DNA of 26,759 nucleotides from a virus (taxonomy: Duplodnaviria; Heunggongvirae; Uroviricota; Caudoviricetes): the IMG/VR virus record IMGVR_UViG_2728369186_000003; one strand, given 5' to 3'. Below, piece after piece: positions 17,031 to 25,554 of the stretch. The notes beneath the pieces are model-generated. The model was not told where the DNA came from. It saw nothing but the letters and a program-made list of their open reading frames with translations, and made no database searches. The position numbers and the translations under genes are program-made. Position 1 is the first letter of the stretch. Each line of letters starts with the position of its first letter.

Positions 17031-18146
17031 TTAAATCCCTGCTTTTCTGAATACCTGTGCATCACGCTCACGGAGTTGCTTCAGCGTCAGCCATTCGCCT
17101 TTATCGGTGTAAAATTCATCTGGCGACATACCGCCATCCCGAATCAGCTTTGCCCGGGTTTCCCCCACAATCTGTTTTTGTCTGGTGTAAGGCTGACGCA
17201 AAAACCATTCCCTGTAGGTTGTATCTCCGGCCACCACGCCATCCATGCTGGCCCGCTCAGCCGGGGAAATATCACGAACATCAATACCCAGTTCCTTCGC
17301 TGATTTCAGAATGAACGTTTCCGTTGAGCGGCAGCAGAAATGAATTTTTCCCGGCCCATGCAAATAAGGCACACTGTGACCTACAGGTTTATTATCCAGC
17401 GTATATTTGAGGCGATCCCTGATTCGACATTGTGGCGTAGTACGATTATCAAGCGTTGATAACCATTGCTTACCCTTAATCAAATCATTATTCGCGCTGG
17501 CAAAACTCTCACGGGCAGTAGCAGCAAGATGTCCAACCGCTGTTTTTGCAATGCTGGCCGCATTAGCCCGGCTCATCTGCAATGCACCATCCTGAAATCC
17601 CTTGCTGACATGTCCCCGAATTTTTCTTGCGATCTGCTCATTGGTATCCCCCAGCAAAAAACCCTGACGCACCGTATTTGTTATGCGTCTGAGCCGATCC
17701 GCCTCAAGATCCAAGGCCCACTCACTGAGCAGTCGTCCCTGGAATGGTCGCGCCATTGCAGCGGCGTAAAGTGCATCAGAAGATATACCAACCAGAGGGT
17801 GAACATCAGCAACAAAATCAGGTAGCAGAGAATCAAACAGACTTAACTGATAACCAGCCTCATAAATTGCCAGCTCGTTCAGCTCTCCGGAGAGACTGGT
17901 AAACATGCTGTTAATAGCAGCGCGGTTAACCTCTCTGACACTCGCCAGAAGTGACTCTAGGCGCGTAACGGTAAAACTACCAGGATCGAGGCTGTCCAGT
18001 GCTACCAGCAGGCGAGCTGTAAGCTCCGCATCGCTGTCATTCAGTATTTTCACCATTCTGGCAGCCACACCAGTGCTATAGCGGGATATCCAGACTGCAT
18101 GAGCAATTGATTCATCACGCAGCCGTTCATTCACGGTTTGCATCAT
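17031..18146 (-). CDS. Head morphogenesis / minor head protein (Mu gpF / SPP1 gp7-like), putative
   Basis: 371-aa ORF directly downstream of the portal gene, overlapping its end by 20 nt. Assigned by synteny (terminase, portal, MuF-like, scaffold, capsid). Confidence 0.55.
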   Translation of the reverse strand: MMQTVNERLRDESIAHAVWISRYSTGVAARMVKILNDSDAELTARLLVALDSLDPGSFTVTRLESLLASVREVNRAAINSMFTSLSGELNELAIYEAGYQLSLFDSLLPDFVADVHPLVGISSDALYAAAMARPFQGRLLSEWALDLEADRLRRITNTVRQGFLLGDTNEQIARKIRGHVSKGFQDGALQMSRANAASIAKTAVGHLAATARESFASANNDLIKGKQWLSTLDNRTTPQCRIRDRLKYTLDNKPVGHSVPYLHGPGKIHFCCRSTETFILKSAKELGIDVRDISPAERASMDGVVAGDTTYREWFLRQPYTRQKQIVGETRAKLIRDGGMSPDEFYTDKGEWLTLKQLRERDAQVFRKAGI

Positions 18147-19533
18147 TGATTTCCATCAACATTACACTCTGATTTTTTAATTCATCGATCACATCCTCTG
18201 GACGGGAATCCTGATCGATAAATTTCAACGCCTGCAACACCCGAACCGCATCAATCTGACGTATATCACCGCCCTGACGCAATGACTGAACAGCCAGCGC
18301 GGAGGATGAGTCAAACACCTGGGCAGATACATCCAGTTCAGTGCGCACATCCACATTGCCACCGCAACTCTCTCCGCTCCATTCCGCCATTATCTGGAGA
18401 ATATTATCGAGGGCATCTTCGAGGGAGTTCGCCATTGTATAAAGCGGCGAGTGTTCCTGCATCCGCTCTTCATTAGTCTGATCAACAGATTTGGTGGATG
18501 TATTTTCAGCCCGCAGAAGTTTAGCGCCGGCATGACGCATCTGATTTTCCAGCTTCTCAAGTGATGTTTCGCCAGATTCTATCGCTGCGCCACTATGTTC
18601 AACATATTCGAGGCCATTTTTTGTTCTGTCCTCAAAAATCGTAGCCGTGGATGCACCAACCGTCAGTTCTTCATTCCTGTCCAGCCCGTAGGCCACCAGC
18701 AATGGAACGCGGGCAACATGAAGAATATTGTCCTGCTCGCTCTGGCTTTGCCAGTGCTTGATATTCAGCAAGCCAAGATTAAGCAATGGCGGTGTACCAC
18801 GCATAAACCCTGTTTTCTTCGTATACAGTGTTACCAGAGGAATATCATCACGGCTGGTATTCCATGACTCATGAAGCATCCAGACAGATTCGCCATTAGT
18901 ACCTTCGCTGCGTCGATAAATTTCTACTCGACGGGGCATAATATGGCGGATCTGCTCCACCTTCTTCTGCCCGAAATCATCACCATCAATAATGATGACC
19001 TCTTTTATACGCAAATCAGTGAGAACAACTTTCCCTTTTTCAACTTTCGATTTCCATCCAATAACCTGGCGTGGATTCAGCATCGTAACGTACGGGCGAC
19101 CACCGGCCGCGTTTTCATCGGCTTTTGTCCGAATCTCGTTCATATCCGTTCGTGGATAGTCCACCAGCGCATGTGCCACACCATACTGAAATGCGAGACT
19201 GAAAAATTGCTGCGCCCACACATCCAGTCGGCTCCCCTCCATGTCGATATTTTCTGCATATTCCCTGATTTTTTCCGGCGTTTCCTCACTCAATACTGTC
19301 GGCTCTGCAAATATGCGCCCAATATTTTGTTTGATGCTTTCTTCATACACAGGAAGTAACGTAGCCACAGACAGGCGTTTTTTATAAGCGTCTTCATCTT
19401 CATTAGGCCATTTGGGGAGATAATTTTCCCCCTGCCTGCGCATTTCAAGCGTACCGCCCATCAATGCGTCGTTAATATCCCACGCCTCCAGCATATCGTT
19501 ATAGTCGAGGTTGGGTGTTGATATATCAGCCAT
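18127..19533 (-). CDS. Portal protein
   Basis: 468-aa ORF starting 2 nt after the terminase large subunit stop. Size and position typical of portal proteins; acidic C-terminal tail. Confidence 0.7.
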   Translation of the reverse strand: MADISTPNLDYNDMLEAWDINDALMGGTLEMRRQGENYLPKWPNEDEDAYKKRLSVATLLPVYEESIKQNIGRIFAEPTVLSEETPEKIREYAENIDMEGSRLDVWAQQFFSLAFQYGVAHALVDYPRTDMNEIRTKADENAAGGRPYVTMLNPRQVIGWKSKVEKGKVVLTDLRIKEVIIIDGDDFGQKKVEQIRHIMPRRVEIYRRSEGTNGESVWMLHESWNTSRDDIPLVTLYTKKTGFMRGTPPLLNLGLLNIKHWQSQSEQDNILHVARVPLLVAYGLDRNEELTVGASTATIFEDRTKNGLEYVEHSGAAIESGETSLEKLENQMRHAGAKLLRAENTSTKSVDQTNEERMQEHSPLYTMANSLEDALDNILQIMAEWSGESCGGNVDVRTELDVSAQVFDSSSALAVQSLRQGGDIRQIDAVRVLQALKFIDQDSRPEDVIDELKNQSVMLMEINDANRE

Positions 19534-19535
19534 AA

Positions 19536-20846
19536 TTAAATCCGAAGTGATGTGACTCTTCCGGTCGGTTTGACAATAGGGAATTGCTTAACGATGAAAT
19601 AACCTCCGGCATCATTCGGGTGATCATTGCCAGATTTTTTATCAGGCTCCCCCTTATCATCCCAGACCTGTTGCTCCAGAGATTCGGCATATACCGGACA
19701 ACGCTTCACATTAACTTTATAGCGACGCTCACCATTGGCATTGCAGAACATTGCATTCATTGAGTTAACGCGATCTTTTACTGGCGGGTTCGAGCTGTTC
19801 ACCACAACGTTAAAACCTGCCTGCTTAAGCTGGGCTATATCCGTCGTACTTGCGTTACTTGATTTTCTGGAATCTCCGGAAGCATCTGGATAAATATAAA
19901 TCTCCCTCACTTTCCGGTAATCATGCCCGTCATACAGCCAGAAGCGTTCTTTAATGAGGCGGATCATATCCGGCGTATCGTAGGCATTGATGATTTCAGT
20001 TACCGCACATGGAAGCCCCAAACGCAGCACATGGACGATTCCCGCCATCTTTCCAACGTTAAAATCCATCCCAATATAAATCGGCTCCCCTGGCTGCTCC
20101 ACTTCTTCGCAATTATTCAGTTTCCGGTCAAACTGATGGTAAACAGTACCACTTGTCAGGTTAGTAAACCGTCCTAGAAGATAGGCTTTAATCAGCTCTG
20201 GAGGGTATGATTCAAGAAGTGAAGGAATGTAATCTGCTGGCAGGTTCTTTTCATTATCGAAAGTAGATGCCTGCACCAGACCATACAGTGAGGCCAGCTC
20301 TGTTTTTTCACGCACGGCTTTAACAAACTGCTCGTAGACAAATTTGAATCCTTCCGGCGTGGTTGTAACGTCAATACCGTTGCGAAGTCCATCAATCTTA
20401 TAACGCATACGCGCAATTATCTTGCGCCACGCCGTTCTGGCTTTTTCCTTCGGCAAAATGTCCAGTTCATCCACCAGCGCATTACCAATTTTGAAACCGA
20501 CGATCGTTTGTGGCTTCTCCATCGATCTGCAGATAGTGGTTCCCCGATACTGGCGTCCGTAATAAAAGTGAACCTCTTTATTTCCCTCATTAATTTTTAC
20601 GTTCAATCCCCAGTCAGCAGCAACTTCTTCCACTGTAGGGTAAAAAATATCGCGAATTTGGGGATACGTTGGCGCAAAATATCCCTGATTTATACCTGGA
20701 TGCTCCCAAATCCCCTTGCATATGCCGCCACACCCAACCCATGTTTTGCCCGAGCCAAAACCAGCAATATAGGCTTTAAATTTATGGGGCATTGAAAGAA
20801 ATCGCGCCTGAGGCACATTAAGCGTCGGAGAGATCATCTTCATCAC
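19536..20846 (-). CDS. Terminase large subunit
   Basis: 436-aa ORF with N-terminal Walker A-like P-loop (YIAGFGSGKTW) and a C-terminal nuclease-type region with conserved acidic residues (IYIGMDFN...YPDASGD). Follows the small subunit gene with overlap. Confidence 0.85.
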   Translation of the reverse strand: MMKMISPTLNVPQARFLSMPHKFKAYIAGFGSGKTWVGCGGICKGIWEHPGINQGYFAPTYPQIRDIFYPTVEEVAADWGLNVKINEGNKEVHFYYGRQYRGTTICRSMEKPQTIVGFKIGNALVDELDILPKEKARTAWRKIIARMRYKIDGLRNGIDVTTTPEGFKFVYEQFVKAVREKTELASLYGLVQASTFDNEKNLPADYIPSLLESYPPELIKAYLLGRFTNLTSGTVYHQFDRKLNNCEEVEQPGEPIYIGMDFNVGKMAGIVHVLRLGLPCAVTEIINAYDTPDMIRLIKERFWLYDGHDYRKVREIYIYPDASGDSRKSSNASTTDIAQLKQAGFNVVVNSSNPPVKDRVNSMNAMFCNANGERRYKVNVKRCPVYAESLEQQVWDDKGEPDKKSGNDHPNDAGGYFIVKQFPIVKPTGRVTSLRI

Positions 20847-21912
20847 TCCTTAATCTGGCATCAACCACATTAATATTGATCGCCACAGGCTGGGGATGTT
20901 CATTATCCTCCACCGTTTCGATCTCTTTGCGCAGCTTCTGGTTCTCTATTCTGCGCCGTTCAATTTCCAGTTCCTGTAGCCGCTTATCTGCACATAATGC
21001 CCCGCCAGCAGAAAGCAAACGCAACAATTCACGCCGGGCGGCAGCCTTATCCTCCAGCAGGATCTCAACACCGTATTTTCCGAGCTTTGACCCTGCATAT
21101 AATTGCCGCGCATCCCCATCAAGCAGTGTGGTATCAGCCATATAAAGCTGTCCTGTTCCCTCACCGCAGCACTTCGGGCAATCAGGATTGGGTATGGCGT
21201 TATCAACAAAGCCGAGGCCTCCATATTCCGGCTCGGGTTTACCATCTCTGGAGGCCTGTGCCGCAGCCTTATCGAATTCTGCAATATCACGCCACTGGTA
21301 GAGATGATTCTCGCCCCAGCAATAACGGCAGTTAACACGGCGAAATTGTGCCAACTGATTGGGGTCGGCCTGGACAATGGCCATCAACTGGCTCACCAGT
21401 AAATCCAGGTCTGCGGTATAGCGTTTCTGGTACTGATTGCGGAAGTAGCTGATAGCACGATAAACCCTGGCATTTCTAAGCATACGGCTGGCGTTGCTGT
21501 TAGCTGTCGCACCTTGCCCCTCATAACCAGCCAGTCGGTATGCCTCTGTCGGCTTTTTCCCCTGAGCAACCAACATGGCGAATTTTGCCTGCTGGTCAGA
21601 AATACCGAATTCATCGGGGCAGAACGAAATTTCTTCCGTGTCCCCCTCAATCAGGAGTGCATCGGATACAGCCTTTTTTTTCTGAGATTTTCCGTTCTGC
21701 CTTTGCGCAGTCTGCGCAGTTTTTTTTCGCGCACTTTTTTGCGCAGTTTTGCGCATTTCTTTCTGCGCATTTTTCGGAGTTTTTTTGATGTAACGACGGG
21801 CTGTTGCGTAGTTCAGTCCCCTTGCTTCACACCATGCCACCGGAGATATACCGGAGCGGGTGTATTCAGCAATATACTCCTGCTGCAACGCCCCCCAGTC
21901 CGGTCTGCTCAT
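20818..21912 (-). CDS. Terminase small subunit, putative (unusually long, with Lys-rich linker and Cys-pair motifs)
   Basis: 364-aa ORF directly upstream of the large subunit. N-terminal HTH-like segment (SGISPVAWCEARGLNYATARRYIKK), a Lys/Ala/Gln-rich low-complexity linker (KNAQKEMRKTAQKSARKKTAQTAQRQNGKSQKKK), and CxxC...CxxCC pairs (CRYCWGENH...CPKCCGEG). Confidence 0.55.
   Translation of the reverse strand: MSRPDWGALQQEYIAEYTRSGISPVAWCEARGLNYATARRYIKKTPKNAQKEMRKTAQKSARKKTAQTAQRQNGKSQKKKAVSDALLIEGDTEEISFCPDEFGISDQQAKFAMLVAQGKKPTEAYRLAGYEGQGATANSNASRMLRNARVYRAISYFRNQYQKRYTADLDLLVSQLMAIVQADPNQLAQFRRVNCRYCWGENHLYQWRDIAEFDKAAAQASRDGKPEPEYGGLGFVDNAIPNPDCPKCCGEGTGQLYMADTTLLDGDARQLYAGSKLGKYGVEILLEDKAAARRELLRLLSAGGALCADKRLQELEIERRRIENQKLRKEIETVEDNEHPQPVAININVVDARLRSDEDDLSDA
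21700..21775. repeat. Cluster of short direct repeats (TGCGCA core separated by T/A runs) inside the terminase small subunit gene
   Basis: Plus strand: ctttgcgcagtctgcgcagttttttttcgcgcacttttttgcgcagttttgcgcatttctttctgcgcattttt. At least six TGCGCA-type units with T7-T8 homopolymers; encodes the KTAQK-type peptide repeats. Confidence 0.6.
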
Positions 21913-21915
21913 CAG

Positions 21916-22167
21916 TTAGTCCTGATTTTTATCCACCCTGAGTAGTTCGCGCAGAGCAAAGGCATCCCCTTTTCTGGCAAGCTTAAACAATGCCGCTCGT
22001 AACTCGGCTTCACCTTTCGCTCTGCCCTTACGGATGGCCGCATAAAAATCTGTCATTGCTTCCCGATTTTCTTTCAGTCGGTTCAGATCAACATCCAGAA
22101 CGTCAGCGATTTGTTGTGCAGTCATCCGGCACGCTGCCAGAGACTCGACTTTCGAATACGGAATCAT
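21916..22167 (-). CDS. Small HTH-like protein (83 aa), function unknown
   Basis: MIPYSKVESLAACRMTAQQIADVLDVDLNRLKENREAMTDFYAAIRKGRAKGEAELRAALFKLARKGD... The ATG at 22165-22167 is preceded by GGGGGTGA. Stop is 4 nt before the terminase small subunit start; its 5' end overlaps the upstream gene by 65 nt. Confidence 0.5.
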   Translation of the reverse strand: MIPYSKVESLAACRMTAQQIADVLDVDLNRLKENREAMTDFYAAIRKGRAKGEAELRAALFKLARKGDAFALRELLRVDKNQD

Positions 22168-23059
22168 TTGTCACCCCCATTGATATGCAGGGTGTCTTCT
22201 TCCTGTATTTTTCGTGAAGGATTTTTACTGCAGCGTTGTTCCAGGTGACCTGATGGTGAATGCGTTTATGGCTGGCACCCATCAGTGAGATTTTTACGCA
22301 CGACGGCGAATACATGACGGAGTAAAAACTTTTAACGTAGGTTCCGGAATCCAGATACAGCTCGGTCATTCCGCCGCTGTTTTTCTGCGTCTGTTTCTGC
22401 CCTAACTGGACAGCACCGATCGTCATAAACAATTCACCACAGCGACCGAGATTCGTGTACGTATTCACATCCTCGTTAATGCGCCCCATGAATGAGAACG
22501 GTCGATCAACCGAACAGATAAAGCTGTTCATTGCCTTGCGTTTCACCCACGAAGCATGGCCGCCATTGTCACCAAGAAAATCCCCGCCCTGCGACATAGC
22601 GATGGAAAGCGCGGGTATTGATTCGTAATACGCCAGCATTTCAGAAAGGATCGCATCCAGTTTCCTTATCGGGAAATAGGCCTGGTCATAGTTGCGATCC
22701 ACCCGAAACTGGAACTCGTGATAATCATCATCGAGCTGAATGAAGTATTTACACCCGACCAGTTTTGCCAGGTCGAAACAGGCATTACGGGCGTAAAAAA
22801 TTGAGCGGCGATCACCAAAATTATCGGCTTCGTCAAAACGACTGGCAATATCGGCTTTGGAAAATACCAGCACCTGTTCACCAAATTCAGCCATGTACTG
22901 ATGCCGTGTCTTATCTTCATCATCAACAACGATAAAAATTTTCCCGGTATAGCCAGCACGACGCAACGTCCGGTAAGTCAGAACTTTGTCCGGTCGCCCG
23001 TGAGTCAGAATAAAGGCGCAAAAATCATCACGCATATTCCTCCTCCTCCTCCCCGCCAT
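22103..23059 (-). CDS. Uncharacterised protein with two DxD-like acidic motifs (possible GT-A-like glycosyl/nucleotidyl transferase)
   Basis: 318-aa ORF. The N terminus has a strand-helix-strand pattern ending in an acidic cluster (FILTHGRPDKVLTYRTLRRAGYTGKIFIVVDDEDK), and a second motif lies about 60 residues later (FIQLDDDYHEF), reminiscent of GT-A fold enzymes. Family assignment is a guess from motifs only. Overlaps the ParB-like gene by 32 nt; alternative start 23035. Confidence 0.5.
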   Translation of the reverse strand: MAGRRRRNMRDDFCAFILTHGRPDKVLTYRTLRRAGYTGKIFIVVDDEDKTRHQYMAEFGEQVLVFSKADIASRFDEADNFGDRRSIFYARNACFDLAKLVGCKYFIQLDDDYHEFQFRVDRNYDQAYFPIRKLDAILSEMLAYYESIPALSIAMSQGGDFLGDNGGHASWVKRKAMNSFICSVDRPFSFMGRINEDVNTYTNLGRCGELFMTIGAVQLGQKQTQKNSGGMTELYLDSGTYVKSFYSVMYSPSCVKISLMGASHKRIHHQVTWNNAAVKILHEKYRKKTPCISMGVTNDSVFESRVSGSVPDDCTTNR

Positions 23060-23822
23060 GCATGATCTCCACCATGCGCTGCGTCATTCGGACAAATCCA
23101 TTTTCAATAGCCTGCTGATAATCAATGATCACCAGCGCCGACTCCTCGAAAAGGCACTGAATTTCAGCGGGGGCATGAGCGTAATAGTCCGCAATTCTGC
23201 TGAAATTAAACACTGTGTGACGTTCTGCCGCACACAGGAGGAATTTCTCAATATCAGGATCAAGGGACGCCGAACGTATCCGGCTGATCAGCTCCTGAGT
23301 TTTCGTATCGTCGTACAGTTCACTGATATCCGGTTTACCGCCCGACGGCTCATAAACAGGCGTATCAATTTTCGTCGTATACGGCTCCTCCTCATTTCCT
23401 GTACCGGGCAAAACATCCGTCAACAGTTCATCAATTTCTGTCGGGATGAAGCCTGTCAGGGAGACATCAAAATCAGCATTGATTAGGTCCGACAGCTCCA
23501 TCCGCAACAGATCTTCATCCCAGCCAGCATTCATCGGCAGGCGATTATCTGCCAGGCGGTACGCCTTTTTCTGCTCATCCGTCAGGCCAGACAGAACAAT
23601 GACCGGAACAGAATCCATTTTGAGCATTTCAGCCGCCATAACACGACCGTGACCCGCAATAATTTCGCCCTTTTCGTCAATCAGCACCGGATTAGTCCAG
23701 CCGAATTGCTTAATACTTTCTACCAGTTGTGCCACCTGCTCAGTACTGTGCGTCCTGGCGTTGTGCGCATACGGTGACAATTCTTGTAATGGGCGATAGA
23801 CTATCTTTAATTTCTCGCTCAT
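23028..23822 (-). CDS. ParB N-terminal (ParB/sulfiredoxin-like nuclease) domain protein
   Basis: 264-aa ORF. The N-terminal 100 aa carry the signature I.YRPLQELSPYAHNARTHS..Q...L..SI..FGW..PVLID..GEIIAGHGRVMAA..L....VPVIVL....D.Q..AYRLADNRL. The C-terminal half is acidic and ends in EEEEEYA. RBS AAGG is 5 nt upstream of the ATG at 23820-23822. Confidence 0.8.
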   Translation of the reverse strand: MSEKLKIVYRPLQELSPYAHNARTHSTEQVAQLVESIKQFGWTNPVLIDEKGEIIAGHGRVMAAEMLKMDSVPVIVLSGLTDEQKKAYRLADNRLPMNAGWDEDLLRMELSDLINADFDVSLTGFIPTEIDELLTDVLPGTGNEEEPYTTKIDTPVYEPSGGKPDISELYDDTKTQELISRIRSASLDPDIEKFLLCAAERHTVFNFSRIADYYAHAPAEIQCLFEESALVIIDYQQAIENGFVRMTQRMVEIMHGGEEEEEYA

Positions 23823-23850
23823 ACAGCCTTGCTTTATGAATAAAACGCAC

Positions 23851-23874
23851 CCCAGCAGCCAGTGCTACTGGGGG
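23851..23874 (-). terminator. Weak hairpin downstream of trkG (possible moron terminator)
   Basis: CCCCAG-(12-nt loop)-CTGGGG; on the minus strand followed by GCGTTTTATTCAT. Loop is long, so support is weak. Confidence 0.3.
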
Positions 23875-23959
23875 CGGAGGTGTTGCTGGTAAAGTTAGGT
23901 ATTGGATCAATGAGTGAGTCAACATAATATTAAACTCACAATTATAAATCAGCCATATA

Positions 23960-25417
23960 TTAGGAGCGCCAAAAAAAACCTGAAAACAATATAATAACAG
24001 GATAAATTTCAAGGCGACCAAGAATCATAGCTATGCACATTAAATATTTTGCAATGTCATTAAGCACTCCGAATGACGATGCAGTAGCCCCAAAACCTAA
24101 TCCCATATTATTAATACATGCAGCCACTGTTGCAAATGATGTAAGAAAATCATATCCCATACCATTTAACACCAGTATAAAAAACACCGTGAAGAGAGTA
24201 TAAAGAAAAAAGAAACTCCATACAGACCTCATTACACGATCTGTAACTATCTTCCCTCCTACATTTACACTCAACAACGCTCTGGGATGAGAAAGCTGAT
24301 TTATCTCGTGTTTGCTTTGTTTGAAAAGTATAAGAAATCGAAGTGACTTAATTCCACCACAGGTTGAACCTATACATCCCCCAAAGAAACTTGACAACAG
24401 CAAAAACACTATCGTGTGCGTGGGCCAGTTTGCATAATCCTGCGTAGCTAAACCATTATCAGTGAGCATGGAGCTGGCAAGAAAAAACGAATGAATAAAA
24501 CTTCCATGCAAGTCATACATACCTATATGCCAGACCTGGAAAGAGGTAACAATGATCACCCCTAAGGCTATTAACAGAAAGAAACGAAGTTCAATATCTC
24601 TGATTAAAGGTTTTATCGTTTTTCTGCTAATAACAATATACCAAAGAGTGAAGTTGAAAGCCGATAGCAGGGAAAAAGAACCAGCCACCAGCTCAACCAA
24701 ATAGTTATTAAAATATCCGATACTCTCGCTATGAGTTGAGAAACCACCAAGCGAAACTGTGGAAATCCCGTGACAAATAGCATCAAACAAAGGCATTCCT
24801 GCAAGTCTATAACAGACAATACAAGCAATACCTAATAAAGAATAAGTTATCCACAGTGTCCGTGACGTATCGGCCAGGCGGGGAGTGAGTTTGTCATCCT
24901 TAAATGGCCCCGGCATTTCTGACTGATAAAGCTTTGCACCACCAATACCCAATAATGGCAATACTGCAACCGCCAGAACAATAACTCCTAAACCACCTAT
25001 AAAATTTAACTGTGACCGATAGTACAAATATGCCCGAGGTAATGAACTAACATCATCAATTACAGTTGCTCCTGTTGTTGTTATTCCAGAAACCCCTTCA
25101 AACAGAGCATCAATGAACGTTAAATTAAGTTCTGAGTCAAACCATAAAGGGAATGCACTAATAACAGAAAACAAAATCCAAAACATTACAATTATAATAA
25201 ACCCATCACGGGTACGTAATTGAATGCCAGATTTCTTAGTTGTATACCACGCTCCGCCACCAATGCAAAAAAATATAACGAAAGTTATAAAGAAAACGAA
25301 CAGGCTTTTTTCTTTATAAAACAATGCTACAACCATTGGTGGCAACATTGAAAGACTATAGAGCCAAACCAGGAACCCACACATATGAGTAACAACTCTT
25401 ACATGAGATGTATTCAT
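23960..25417 (-). CDS. trkG: TrkG/TrkH-family potassium uptake membrane protein
   Basis: The track ORF (23960..25435) begins at a TTG; the first ATG is at 25415-25417 (MNTSHVRVVTHMCGFLVWLYS...), giving 485 aa. Many hydrophobic helices and repeated GxG-type selectivity-filter-like motifs (TTTGAT, LGGFS, GSTCGG, NMGLGFG). Recognised as E. coli Rac-prophage TrkG from memory. The gene is strikingly AT-rich compared with flanking phage genes. Confidence 0.85.
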   Translation of the reverse strand: MNTSHVRVVTHMCGFLVWLYSLSMLPPMVVALFYKEKSLFVFFITFVIFFCIGGGAWYTTKKSGIQLRTRDGFIIIVMFWILFSVISAFPLWFDSELNLTFIDALFEGVSGITTTGATVIDDVSSLPRAYLYYRSQLNFIGGLGVIVLAVAVLPLLGIGGAKLYQSEMPGPFKDDKLTPRLADTSRTLWITYSLLGIACIVCYRLAGMPLFDAICHGISTVSLGGFSTHSESIGYFNNYLVELVAGSFSLLSAFNFTLWYIVISRKTIKPLIRDIELRFFLLIALGVIIVTSFQVWHIGMYDLHGSFIHSFFLASSMLTDNGLATQDYANWPTHTIVFLLLSSFFGGCIGSTCGGIKSLRFLILFKQSKHEINQLSHPRALLSVNVGGKIVTDRVMRSVWSFFFLYTLFTVFFILVLNGMGYDFLTSFATVAACINNMGLGFGATASSFGVLNDIAKYLMCIAMILGRLEIYPVIILFSGFFWRS

Positions 25418-25554
25418 ACCTAAATATTCTTTCAATTATAACCACCTTGCTGCAATATTATGATTATACTGTATAAAATTTAACTCCTCTTAGATCTTAC
25501 TTCACTGTTCCTTATGAAACAATCATCAAAATGAATCATATTGTAGTTAAGATT

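Noticed and set aside
20946-21377. 143-aa minus-strand ORF and 112-aa/99-aa plus-strand ORFs inside the terminase small subunit gene
   Set aside because: Alternative-frame or antisense ORFs inside a gene whose main frame has a clear HTH-containing product; no independent start signals.
25436-25554. Specific sigma-70 promoter for trkG
   Set aside because: TATAAT-like hexamers exist (for example the complement of 25435-25440), but the region is so AT-rich that such matches are expected by chance and no well-spaced -35 element was found. Left as a hypothesis only.
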